A stretch of DNA of 64,000 bases from Eledone cirrhosa (taxonomy: Eukaryota): positions 40,672,001 to 40,736,000 of the forward strand of contig OZ024745.1 in the NCBI GenBank assembly GCA_964016885.1, in the 5' to 3' direction. The notes beneath the pieces are model-generated. The model searched no databases, was not told the DNA's origin, and worked only from the letters and a program-made list of their open reading frames with translations. Position numbers and translations under genes: made by a program. Of this stretch, positions 1-10,958 are shown one piece after another (within the stretch, counting starts at the first letter, position 1; each line of letters begins with the position of its first letter).

Positions 1-262
1 CTCACATCTGCGATGTGAAAAAAACCACAGGATAGAATCAGTTTTAAACTAGTTAGAGCATTACTCAACAGAGGACTCGATACTTCGGTTTGTAGAATAT
101 CGATATATTATAAAGAATCGGAACTCAACGGCTGATCTCTAGCTATTTTGGAACTCTCTCTTGAAACGGCAAGAACTCAACCGTTTGGTCCCGACCCATA
201 ATAATATATATATGTGTGTGCGTGTGTGTGTGTGTCCGCGCATGCGTTTGTGTGAAGTGTTG

Positions 263-264
<2 letters not shown>

Positions 265-294
<30 letters not shown>

Positions 295-338
295 TGTATG
301 TATGTATGTATGTATGTATGTATGTATGTATGTATGTA
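265..338. repeat. (TATG)n microsatellite
   Basis: Direct tetranucleotide run. Confidence 0.95.
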
Positions 339-423
339 TCACTCGTACAGCGCATCGGTAGGCGTTCTCCTACATGGATATAAAGTAGTGGCCGTACTCG
401 AAAACGAGTTGGCAGCCACCATG
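339..423 (+). mobile_element. 3' terminal fragment of an RTE-clade LINE (same family as 28147-28754)
   Basis: Near-identical to the reverse complement of 28147-28230. Ends in GGCCGTACTCGAAAACGAGTTGGCAGCCACCAT, which resembles the tail at 2037-2073, followed by (ATGT)n. Confidence 0.8.
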
Positions 424-458
424 TATGTATGTATGTATGTATCTATGTATGTATCTAT

Positions 459-1739
459 TGTGTTTACATCCGATATCGAACCTCATGCAGCGTATTTAAC
501 ATCAGGCGCTTTGCTGCGAAGACAAAAGTATTTACATCAATCATAAGAGACCTCTTGTATGCAGATGATTGCGATCTTGTAGCGCACACAGAGAGTGATA
601 TGCAGCACATTTTGAATGCATTTTCTGATGCTTGCACTGCCCTAGGTCTGACTGTCAGTCTCAAGAAAACCGTCGTCATGTACCAACCTGCCCCTGGTAA
701 GCAGTACACTGAACCAAACATCCATGTGTATGGCAAACGACTTGGAGTGGTTGATCAGTTTGTCTACCTGGGAAGCACTGTCAATCGATACAGCAACCTT
801 GACAGTGAAATCTCACTTAGGATTAGGAAAGCAAGTGATGCTTTCGGAAAGCTAGAAAGGCGACTCTGGGGTCGGCGAGACATATGCAGGAGGACAAAGG
901 TAAAGGTGTACAGGGCATGTTTGCTCTCTTGTCTTCTTTATGCTTGCGAGACCTGGGTCACATATCGACACCACCTTAAGCAATTGGAGCGTTTCCATCA
1001 GATGTGTCTCAGACGGATCCATGGCGTTCGCTGGAGGGACCACATCAGTGATGTCGAGATTTTGGAAAGCTCTATGTGTGACAGTATAGAAGCTCTTGTG
1101 CTGAAGCAACGACTCCGTTGGAGTGGTCACCTTGCCAGGATGAAGGATTCTAGAATACCAAAACAACTCTTTTATGGAGAGTTGGTTAAAGGAAAACGAC
1201 CGCCACATAAAACAAAAAAGAGGTATAAGGATTCCTTGAAAGCCTCTCTGAAAGACGCTAACATCTCTGCTGATACATGGGAGAATATTGCTGCTGATCG
1301 TAATACATGGAGAAAGACTGTATATGAGGGAAAAAATGCCTTTGAGGCATCTCGAATCGCATACGAGAAAGTAAAGCGGGATGTGAGGAAGGGCATTGCT
1401 GATGCACTTCCAGACGGCGAGGGTCCTCCTATGGTGCTGACATGCAGCGTATGTGCGAGACTCTGCCTAAGCAAAGCTGGACTCGAAAGTCATCTTCGCA
1501 GTCATAAAGTAAGACCAGTGGTTGACTACCAGGCTGCTGTTGGAGATGCTACTCATCATGCTTGCCAAACATGTGGTAGAGAATGTAAATCAGCAGGAGG
1601 GCTCAAGCGACATGCAAAAGTACACGAACTCCAACCACAGCCGACTATTCCCAGTAAATGTTTTGGTTGCCGACTCTGTGCAAGACATTTCAGATCATTG
1701 GCTGGGCTAAAAAGCCACATTCGATCGCAGCGCTGTTAG
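459..1739 (+). CDS. RTE ORF2 C-terminal half: reverse transcriptase motif C to thumb plus three C2H2 zinc fingers (5'-truncated, no real start codon)
   Basis: Motifs LLYADDCDL, GLTVSLKKT, FVYLGS, LLYACETW, RLRWSGHLARM and RIPKQLFYGEL. C-terminal fingers CSVC..HLRSH, CQTC..HAKVH and CRLC..HIRSQ. The first ~10 codons of ORF 429..1739 are microsatellite. Confidence 0.9.
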   Translation, partial: CVYIRYRTSCSVFNIRRFAAKTKVFTSIIRDLLYADDCDLVAHTESDMQHILNAFSDACTALGLTVSLKKTVVMYQPAPGKQYTEPNIHVYGKRLGVVDQFVYLGSTVNRYSNLDSEISLRIRKASDAFGKLERRLWGRRDICRRTKVKVYRACLLSCLLYACETWVTYRHHLKQLERFHQMCLRRIHGVRWRDHISDVEILESSMCDSIEALVLKQRLRWSGHLARMKDSRIPKQLFYGELVKGKRPPHKTKKRYKDSLKASLKDANISADTWENIAADRNTWRKTVYEGKNAFEASRIAYEKVKRDVRKGIADALPDGEGPPMVLTCSVCARLCLSKAGLESHLRSHKVRPVVDYQAAVGDATHHACQTCGRECKSAGGLKRHAKVHELQPQPTIPSKCFGCRLCARHFRSLAGLKSHIRSQRC

Positions 1740-1880
1740 TTGCTATCGTGTGTGTGTGTGTGTGTAGGTATGCTTATGTGTGTGCGTGTGTGTGTATATA
1801 TATATGTATATGTATATTATTATTGTTGTTGTCGTTATTATTATTGTTGTTATTATTATTATTATTATTATTGTTATTAA

Positions 1881-1911
<31 letters not shown>

Positions 1912-1942
1912 GTGAGTGTGTGTGTGTGTGTATATGTGTATG

Positions 1943-1979
<37 letters not shown>

Positions 1980-2074
1980 CTTTTTTTTTCTTTTTTTATT
2001 TATTTATTTTTTTTTTTTTTTTTTTCTCCTCGTGCAATGGCCATACTCGATAACGAGGGGCAGCCATCATCATG
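459..2074 (+). mobile_element. 5'-truncated RTE-clade non-LTR retrotransposon
   Basis: RT C-terminal half, then a 3' UTR expanded by TG/TA/TTA/T runs, then the terminal stem-loop GGCCATACTCGATAACGAGGGGCAGCC and a (CAT)n tail. Confidence 0.9.
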
Positions 2075-2089
2075 TATCTAAGTATCTAA

Positions 2090-2235
2090 CGAGTTTCCGC
2101 GGTTTTTGTTTACCACTCAAAACACATTTTTTAAGACGAGGCTATAGTAGAACACATTTGGCCAAGGTGCCGCACTGCAGCAGATTTATGTCCAGAGCCA
2201 CCACATGGTTGTGAAAAAAACTATCTAAGCACATA
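2090..2235 (-). mobile_element. Degenerate SINE relic (second SINE family)
   Basis: Segment AACACATTTGGCCAAGGTGCCGCACTGCAG resembles a CORE-type SINE in reverse orientation; heavily decayed. Confidence 0.35.
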
Positions 2236-3364
2236 CATTTGCCTTACTTTTATTGTTTTTCGTTTTGTTTTTGTCTTTTCGAATTTCTATAAGAAAGAAC
2301 AGTAGCTATGCCAATTGTAGTCTATCCGAGTCCGGTATATTTAATACCATTGATATTCCGCTTAAACCTTTGCACGTCGACACCTGCAAAGCCATGAGCA
2401 GGGAAGTAATTTGCAGTCTCAACGATCTGTGTAGAAAGAACATGACGTAATAGGTAGTGCTGATTTGGGGTTTGGGAAAAACATTGATAATGATAGAAGG
2501 AGATATCAATGAGATCGGAAGGTCTAAATATAGGTTGCTTGAATGTAGCTATCTCCAAGGAGCAGAAACTATTTAAACAGTAATGGAAAAAGAAGTACTA
2601 CAACCTCTTTGTGAACGAATTACTATAGATGACATATTGTGCAACAGTATCACTATCCCAGTTGTAGGTACAATACCTCATTTTGTGTCTAGTCTAAGCA
2701 TTGTAATGAGTCAATTATTTTTGGAGACTGAATTATTTTCTTCTCTTAAACTGACTGGATTGTCTTTGATTCAAAGCCATAGCTAAGTTTAGGATGAGCT
2801 TTGGCAATGAGATCTTCAATGATTGAGACGCGGGTCATATAGAAAGATCATGGGGTCCCCTGTTCAGTGCTTTGCGAATTTAAATTGTTTAATATGTGAA
2901 ACTGTATTCCTCATATGATCTTTGTTATTAACTGTCATATGTTATTAGTATATAATAGGTACACTAGTGGTAACTTATCTCTTTACATAGAGTTTAGTAA
3001 TTGTTTCTGACTTTGTAATTAAATATTAGACAATGTCATTCATTAATTATTGACCCCTATTTGCATAATTTATTTTGATATTAAATATTATGGGAAACAA
3101 TTGAAAGAGAAATAAAGAATAGTTTATTGACAAGCATTCATAGGCTAATTAATTACCTCTAAAAATGCTATAAATGTTGCTGCTTTTATTTTTTATTCCC
3201 AGGTTAGAGGTGACAAATATAACTTATGATTAACAACATTCTAACCCTGAATATTTCGTCTCATTTCCAGATACTGTACATCTTGGAATACATTGAGATT
3301 TTAACTATGAGTCAACAGAGTTCAATACTTTTGTTTGTGCATGTACTTGTATGAATCATTATTT

Positions 3365-3535
3365 TGGCAGTATCGGTAGAGGGTCGGACGCCATGCATAG
3401 TTACGTCCCTTTACGATCTGAGTTCAAATCCCGCCGAGGTTGACTTTGCCTTTCATCCTTACGGAGTCGATAAAATAAAGTACCAGTAATGCACTGATTA
3501 ATTGCTCGCCTTGTGCCTAAAGTAGAAACAATTAT
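3365..3535 (+). mobile_element. tRNA-derived SINE with Nin-type core (short variant)
   Basis: A-box-like TGGCAGTATCGG, B-box GAGTTCAAATCC, core GCCTTTCATCCTTACGGAGTCGATAAAAT and tail GCCTTGTGCCTAAAGTAGAAACAATTATT. Confidence 0.9.
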
Positions 3536-3552
3536 TTATATTCCCCCTATTA

Positions 3553-3745
3553 GTGAGGTAGATTGGTAGAACCGGTAGAGGGTCGGACGCCATGCTTTGA
3601 CGCATGGAGTTACGGCCCTTACTATTCTGAGTTCAAATCCCGCCGAGGTTAACTTTGCCCTTCATCCTTACGGGGTCGATAAAATAAAGTACCAGTAATG
3701 TGCTGGGGAATTGCTGGCCTTGTGCCAAAAGTAGAAACAATTATT
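3553..3745 (+). mobile_element. tRNA-derived SINE, tandem second copy
   Basis: Same motifs; both copies are followed by TATATTCCCCT. Confidence 0.9.
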
Positions 3746-4789
3746 TATATTCCCCCTGTGATTTTCTTTTTTCCTGACTAAACATTAGATTATAGTCTCA
3801 AAGTGTTAGAACATGTATCTTAAATATGTTGATATCATTTCATTGGAAATTTATAAACGTTTTACTTTTTATTGCGTATTTGTACATCATTTGCATTAGA
3901 ATACTCTAATAGATTATATAGCACGCTTTGATATTTCACACATTTGTGAAATATATCCATACCAACTATGGTGAGCATGACGACCACGTTGTTGATTTAA
4001 CAAGTTGTGTACATACCAGATTGAGAATGATGATTCTGTATGACATGTAAGGTATGATATAGCTTCCCGCTGGATTGGAAGACGTTTTGCACATTCTCCC
4101 CGATACCAACGTATTTTGAGGAGATTTTAGAAGTATTCTGCATACTCTAATTCACAGAATTTATATTATCAGTATCTAAATAAAAGGTTCATCTACCAAT
4201 CATCAAAAACGAATTACAATACTCACTGAAGACGGGTTTAGTTCAAATATTTATTTTCCAAATACTCGTCGATAAAAGAATATCTATATATGAAGAACGC
4301 TTATTCAAGATATTCACCTATCACACATTTTATATACAAACCAACATCTTTCAGAAAACTTGAGGCTAATTATAATTACTATATTTTTCTATTTTAAAAA
4401 TATTTCCGCCAGATATGACACAGGTGTATATCAAATATATCACTCTCTTTTACTGCCGTTATTTCTTTGCTTTCTAATAATACCAATTAATGTCACCCCA
4501 GACATTTTCAAATGTATATGCAATATCATTAATAATAAAAAAAAACAGCGCTTTCTGTCAAGATTTTGATAAGACGCAAATGAGGTGGACTTATGCAGAT
4601 ATATATTATTATATTTTTAAACACGGTATTTGGTTTTTACTCAACACGTAATATTCAATAGTTTAAAATAATTTTAATTATATATAGATATATAGAGGGA
4701 GAGAAAGATGGGGATACTCGAACACAGACGCGCACACAGACACGCGTGCGCAAACATACACACACACAAACGAACACACACACACACAA

Positions 4790-5862
4790 GTCATAAATTT
4801 AGCCTAAGAACTAACTAAAGAACTAACAACATATCAAATAAACATGCTCGCCAAAGGTCTGAAATTTACGCCGACCCACCAACGTACAATCTACTATAAA
4901 ATAAAGGAAGACATTGTAGAATTCTGTAGAAAATTACGAGATAGCGAGGAGCTAAACGACCAGTACAGTGAGGTCGAATCATTAGGTAGAAATAGAAGCA
5001 ACTACACCCCATCAAAAGTTAAGAATATATTTCTCGACCAATTCCGCGAACATATTTCAAATTACTCATATCAACACCTACATAGACAGAAACACAAGCC
5101 AAACTTCAGCAAGAAAGAATGGGATGAGCTGAACAGATAAAACGATGAAACTATAACAATCAAAGAGGCCGATAAAGGGTGTGCGGTAGTCCTAATGGAG
5201 ACGCAATAGTATACAACACTAGTGCTCTCCACTTTAGAATACGAAGCATTCTACGAAAAGGTTCAGAGCTCCAGTCAACAGAAAACAATTTGAAACCTAA
5301 AAACTCTGATAAACCTTTACAGAGAAGGACTTACCGACAAGGGATTCCACTATATCACTGATTTCAAAAGTAAATCTAGCCTTTTCTACGGTATCCTCAA
5401 GATACACAAAATAGAAAAAATAAGTGAGGCATGCAAATGAGCCACATATATATTCATCAATGTACCATTCCGTATTGACCTCAGTAACTTCCTTGATATC
5501 CTATTAAAACCATTCCTGAAACACATTAAAAGCTACATAAGGGATGACCTTGATATGGTCAATCCCCTCCCCAAACCTCTTAACAATGATGTGTCTTTTG
5601 ATGTAGTCCACCAATAATCTAATATCCCACACAACCTAGAAATAGAGGCAATCCAATTTTTTTTAGAAAATTACACCAATGAATTCGCACACCACATTGT
5701 CAAACAATTCGTAATAGAGGGCTCAAATTGATCTTGCAGATTAACTAATTCGTATTCAATGACAAATTCTACAGGCAGAAATCTGGGACTACTATGGGCA
5801 CGAAATTGGCCCCTTCTTATGCCAACCTGGTTATGGGCTACCTGGAAATCACCCTCTACTAG
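4790..5862 (+). pseudogene. Penelope-like element (Neptune-like) reverse transcriptase relic with frameshifts
   Basis: Motifs across frames: LAKGLKFTPT, TIKEADKG, FYGILKIHK, LSNFLDILLKPFLKHIKSYIRD, SFDVV, NIPH and [27 protein letters not shown]. Truncated before the YxDD motif. Confidence 0.85.
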
Positions 5863-6534
5863 TACTAGATAAAGATGGAAATATATATATATATGAGTGT
5901 TGGTGCCGGCTTTTGGGTGTATAAATATCAGCTAATATTACTTGAATCGTTACGATTTTGATTGCTAACTACACGTAAGTCTGAATAATTAAATTAACTG
6001 AAGAAAGATCCTAGTGTATTCATATAAAGACACTTAATATTAAAAGAAAAAAACTGATTAATATTATTTAACTTAATAATTATCACACACTGTGGTGTGC
6101 TATCCGTTAAATCCTGGTGATTATTGCATTGGGGCTTTTAAAAAGAATGCGTTGATTACAGAGCTTTGATTTACAAAGAAATGCATTGATTACACAGCCC
6201 TAGCATTATTCACAAGCATGAGAATAGGAAACGTGATATTATATTGTATAATCATGCATATAATTTAAATAGTTTCTGCAATGTTACAATGATTTAGCTA
6301 AAGCTTCCACATATGCATTTCTCTAAAGTGTAAATATAACGTACTATCGTTAACAGAAAAAAAGCTACAAATCTTCGATTCTTCCAAAGTCAGTAATCAC
6401 AATACCTACACACTAGATTGTACATGCCTGTTTGCGTCAACACAAATATCGATAAAGTGTCCTCTTGCAAATAACATTGGAAGCTATATAGACTTAAATG
6501 AAAATTACATTCGAAATATACTTTCGTAAAATAT

Positions 6535-6790
6535 TGGGAGATTGGCAGTATCGGTAGAGCGTCAGACACCATGCTTTGCAGTGTATAGTTATGGCCCTTT
6601 ACGTTCTGAATTCAAATCAAAGTTAATTTTGCCTTTCATCCTTAAGTGGTCGATAAAATAAAGCACCAGTAACGAACTGGTGTCGATTTAATCGACTTTC
6701 CCCTTCCCCCAAATTACTGGTCTTGTGCCTATACTAGAAATCATTATTATTATTATTGCCTATACTAGATATCATTATTATTATTATTAA
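6535..6790 (+). mobile_element. tRNA-derived SINE (long variant with GTCGATTTAATCGAC hairpin segment)
   Basis: A/B boxes, Nin-type core, extra middle segment and duplicated (ATT)n tail. Confidence 0.9.
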
Positions 6791-7317
6791 TAATTCTCGT
6801 AACATTTGCTGCACTTTCTTGTGTTTCAAGGTCTAGGCAGAATGCATGAATCAAAAGTGCAATATTAGGGTCTAAGACATTAAGCGTAGAGGAGTTGTCT
6901 TTATGAGATATCGTAATAAAGTCGGGTGTGGAAAGGAGTCGTATCATAGAAAATATGTTGATTAATTTTCCAAGAGAGGTGACTTTATTTAAAGGCAACT
7001 TGTGATGTAGTCTGAAATATGTGTGTACCTGTGGTAGGGTTATTGTTAAAAAAAAAATACGAGTCAGTTGGCACTGTGTTCTAGGAACACAATTACAGGT
7101 ATAAACATTTGACACGCACGAATGAATGACATATATAAATAAGTATTCTAGGAGTAGCATGAAGAGTGACTATATGAAGAATGTAGTTCAAAATATTTAA
7201 ATCGCAATCACACGTAAATATTGTGATTCGCAAATGAAAAACTCGGAAGCTAGAACGAACCAAATCAACGTCCTCGAGATTTACTCTTTCAATTTTAGCA
7301 TTATATATATATACATA

Positions 7318-7941
7318 TCTTCTTCTTGGTTGTCCATTGTAAACGATGATGACATCTTCTTCATTGTTGTTCCCGTCTGCGATGGGCGCGAAGTTGGCTG
7401 TGGAGGCCGATCCTTGACTTGCAGATCCGGGGCCACATGTTACCTCCACCTCTCGCCCATCGCCGCAGGGCTTTGGGAGTGCACGCCAAAGAAGAAACCT
7501 GTGCGGGAAATGTTTATAGTGGGAGGGCCAGTGCACAGTGACGGTCCCACTCACTCGGCAGCAGAAGCCAGAATCCGGTGGTACGGAGGACTCTCACGAC
7601 CAGAGACTTCCTTAGCTGCAGTGGATGGCCACGACGTCTGTAGTGCCTTGCCGTGCCCTAGCGCTCCACACCGCTTTCTATCGCCGCCTTCGTGAATGTT
7701 AGGACGATGTTGTCCTCCTCCACTCACTCCGCCGGGTCCAGTCTTCACATGCAGGGTCAGGCATCCACTATCTAACTCACCGGGAGTTTCAGACCCCTCC
7801 GGCTACTTTCAACCTGGTTCGGCTCGACAGCCAACGCGATTTACCGGGGTGTGGCCGCTGTCACATTCTACAGCTTCTTGGGGCCACAGGTGAGAGCTGA
7901 GCGTCAGGTGGGACCCAATGTAGGACGAGCTGCCCTGAAAG
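7318..7941 (-). mobile_element. Non-autonomous RTE derivative (5' UTR joined to 3' end), BovB/AviRTE-like
   Basis: GC-rich island. The segment GGGGTGTGGCCGCTGTCACATTCTACAGCTTCTTGGGGCCACAGGTGAGAGCTGAG resembles RTE 5' UTRs in reverse. The minus-strand 3' end reads GTCATCATCGTTTACAATGGACAACCAAGAAGAAGA. Both sides are flanked by (TA)n. Confidence 0.7.
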
Positions 7942-7957
7942 AAAAATATATATATAT

Positions 7958-8403
7958 TAGACCTGAAAAATGCGCAAGCTCAAAAGAGCCACAGATGTTA
8001 TAATAAACCTTCAAAAGTGTGGAACTAGAGTTGTTGCTAAAAAATATTGTAATTATTATCTACCGTACACCTTGTGGCATCCTTTTATAAAAAAGAAAAG
8101 AGCCTCATAACGAACTCGAGATGACACGATAATTATTTAAGCTAATGTTCAATATCTCATATCAGATGTTTAGTAATGATTAACACGAAATGCACTTTAA
8201 CCGAATTCTATATTATACATTCACTTAAATAATGATCGTGTTGTCTTGAGTTCGTTATGAGTCTCTTTTTTATAAAAGGATGCCACAGAGTGTACAATAG
8301 ATAATGATTACAATATTTTTGAGCAACAACTCTAGTCCCACACTTTTGAAGGTTTATTATAACATTGTGTGGCTCTTTTGAGCTTGCGCATTTTTCAGGT
8401 CTA
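7958..8403. mobile_element. MITE/fold-back element with ~180 bp terminal inverted repeats
   Basis: TAGACCTGAAAAATGCGCAAGCTCAAAAGAGCCACA... matches ...TGTGGCTCTTTTGAGCTTGCGCATTTTTCAGGTCTA; TA at both ends; non-coding. Confidence 0.85.
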
Positions 8404-9432
8404 GTTTAATATTTGTTTAAGGCAACGCTTGTTTAAGGCAACTCTAGTTAAAAATGATATATATTAATAATAAATTATCGTTGTAATGTAATTAAATTAT
8501 ATAATTGTTATTTTATAAATGATCTTATAAATATTATTGTAAGATGTATAAACATATTTTCACACTTTTAATATAAAAAAAACTACAAAAAAAAACAATC
8601 AATATTAAATAAATATATTTTACATAATAATTGTTATAGTTGAATTAATAAAAATAAAATATTACATACAAATAGTCTAACATAATAATAAAAAAATATT
8701 CTAACATAATAATAATAAAATAATCTAACATAAAACGAACAATAATATGGACAATTATACAAGTAAATATGATACAATCACTATTATAAGAATGTTATAA
8801 CGAACTGAAAAAAAAAAGTTAATATAAATTTAAAAAATCATATATAAATTAACAATATAACTTACGAAAAGGAGAAAAATATGTTGATGATAAACGATGA
8901 AATACAGGAGGAAGATTCGAAAGCGAAACGATAAGTAAACATGCAAACAAAGTGACGGATGCTTTTGAGCAACAATTACTCTCATTGGTTGATTAGCCGA
9001 TAAGACAATACATTACAAAAGATGTGTGGCAGGGTTCACCACGGCCAGCGAAACCCCCTGAATTTTTTATTCACAAGCTACGCATATATGTCAGAACATG
9101 CAGACTTAAAACATTCTTTTGTTAGTGACTGCGTGTCTAACATATATATATATATGTGTGTTTTGAGTATGTGTATTTGTATATATATATATATACATAT
9201 TGATACATGCATATATATATATATATAAACTTTCTTATATTATATTATATTATAATTATATATATATAAATATCTATCTATCTATATCTCCATTCCTCTC
9301 TCTCTCTATATATATATATAGATATAAAAATATATATAGATATGCATAGACGAGGGGGGGGGGTAAATAGCCTGATATATAGAGTGAGATATAGATAGAC
9401 AGATAGATAGATAAAACGTCTTTTTGTGTGTA

Positions 9433-9513
<81 letters not shown>

Positions 9514-10506
9514 GTATGTGCGTGTTCGTACTGTTCTTTGCTCTTCGTAAGGTCTAGTGTTTGTTTAGAGCGGAATATTTCAATGCAATTACACGCTGTC
9601 AGATCATGTCAAGGGGATGTCTAGCAAGCAAACATATAGAAGCAAACAGAATGCTTACTTGACTGAATACAGCAGCTTTCATCATCATGGCTTTATATGT
9701 GTTTTTGCTTAATCAGCATTCGACAGGTTTTGCTTCTTGCTCTAGATTTAATTGTTGATTATTTTGTCATACGTTATTAAGTTCATCTCCTTCCTACCCT
9801 TTCTCTACCTTTCCCACATATCCTCAACGCCATTCGATATGCTGTGCCTAGCTATAGGCTATTGGTGACTTATATACCGGTCATGTTATTTTTTTCTTTA
9901 TCATTTCTTGTTTCATTATTATCTTGCTTTGCAGCCCTACTTCCACTCAGTAATTATGTCTGTCTATCATCTCTATCTATTATGTTCCCTCGATTTCTTG
10001 CTCTCTACCTCAAATTACAAACACACACACATACACGCACACAACCCCCCCCCCCCCCCACATACCACCTACCCCACACACACACAAGCACATAGACACG
10101 TTGGTTCGGCAAACCAAATATGTGGGTTCGTGTTCAATGTGCGTCAATACTCATGCTTTTTTCCAGATGTTATTTTTAAATCCCCCAAATCAGACTAATT
10201 GTATTGCGTCAAATACGGCGTAAGCACATGTTACTACTTAATTTTTAAATTTGCAAGCCTTTTGTAAACAATGCCTGCCTTGTGTCTCCCTATTTATATT
10301 CCAATTTATGTATTTACTCCATTGTTTTAAGAATATATGAATAATTTGCCTTTAAATCCTATTATTAAATCCTTTCATTCTTTCACTTCTCTCTCTCACC
10401 CTTACTGTATTTCTCTCTGTCTTCCCTACTTGCCTTCTCACTCTCTCTCTCTCACCCTCTCCCTCTCTCTATTTCTTTAAACTTCCCCTGACTTTAACTA
10501 TATATG

Positions 10507-10572
<66 letters not shown>

Positions 10573-10615
10573 CATACATATATATATGTATGTATATATA
10601 TATATATTGATTGTT

Positions 10616-10646
<31 letters not shown>

Positions 10647-10653
10647 AATATAA

Positions 10654-10685
<32 letters not shown>

Positions 10686-10730
10686 TGACGAAACATAAGT
10701 CAATTGCATGAACTCATAATCGTTTATTTA

Positions 10731-10784
10731 CTGCTATATATATTTCGATGATAGCCATTGAATGGCTATGACCTCATCCGGCAG
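10731..10784 (-). ncRNA. Minimal hammerhead ribozyme motif (core variant CGGAUGA), PLE pLTR remnant
   Basis: Minus strand reads CTGC-CGGATGA-GGTCATAGCCA-TTCAA-TGGCTATCATC-GAAA-TATATA-TA-GCAG. Stem I, stem II and a palindromic stem III are present; there is a U4>G change. Confidence 0.7.
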
Positions 10785-10958
10785 TTAGTCAGTTCTTAGA
10801 TATGCCAGCTCTGTGTTTATGGTGTTGATGGTATCAGAGCCTTGGGGCACTTCGTTGAGTGCTCTCTATCCGCATACTCAAGTACTGGATTATATATATA
10901 TATGTATATATATATATACCGTGCTCCTTTTGTAGAGCATCTCACCTTATTTGCCATT

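Noticed and set aside
2330-2900. Possible RNase H-bearing LINE relic (similar hints at ~39500-40400)
   Set aside because: Only faint motif resemblance; cannot be supported without a profile search.
3365-3440. tRNA-like A/B boxes
   Set aside because: They are SINE heads continuing into the SINE core and tail; no complete cloverleaf.
4220-4280. Further degraded hammerhead-like cores (also near 130, 17853, 22150, 43900 and 53028)
   Set aside because: Core or stems are too mutated to call; probably dead pLTR remnants.
7093-7893. 153-aa ORFs over the GC-rich island
   Set aside because: No recognisable domain; the open frames follow from the GC content of an RTE-derived UTR.
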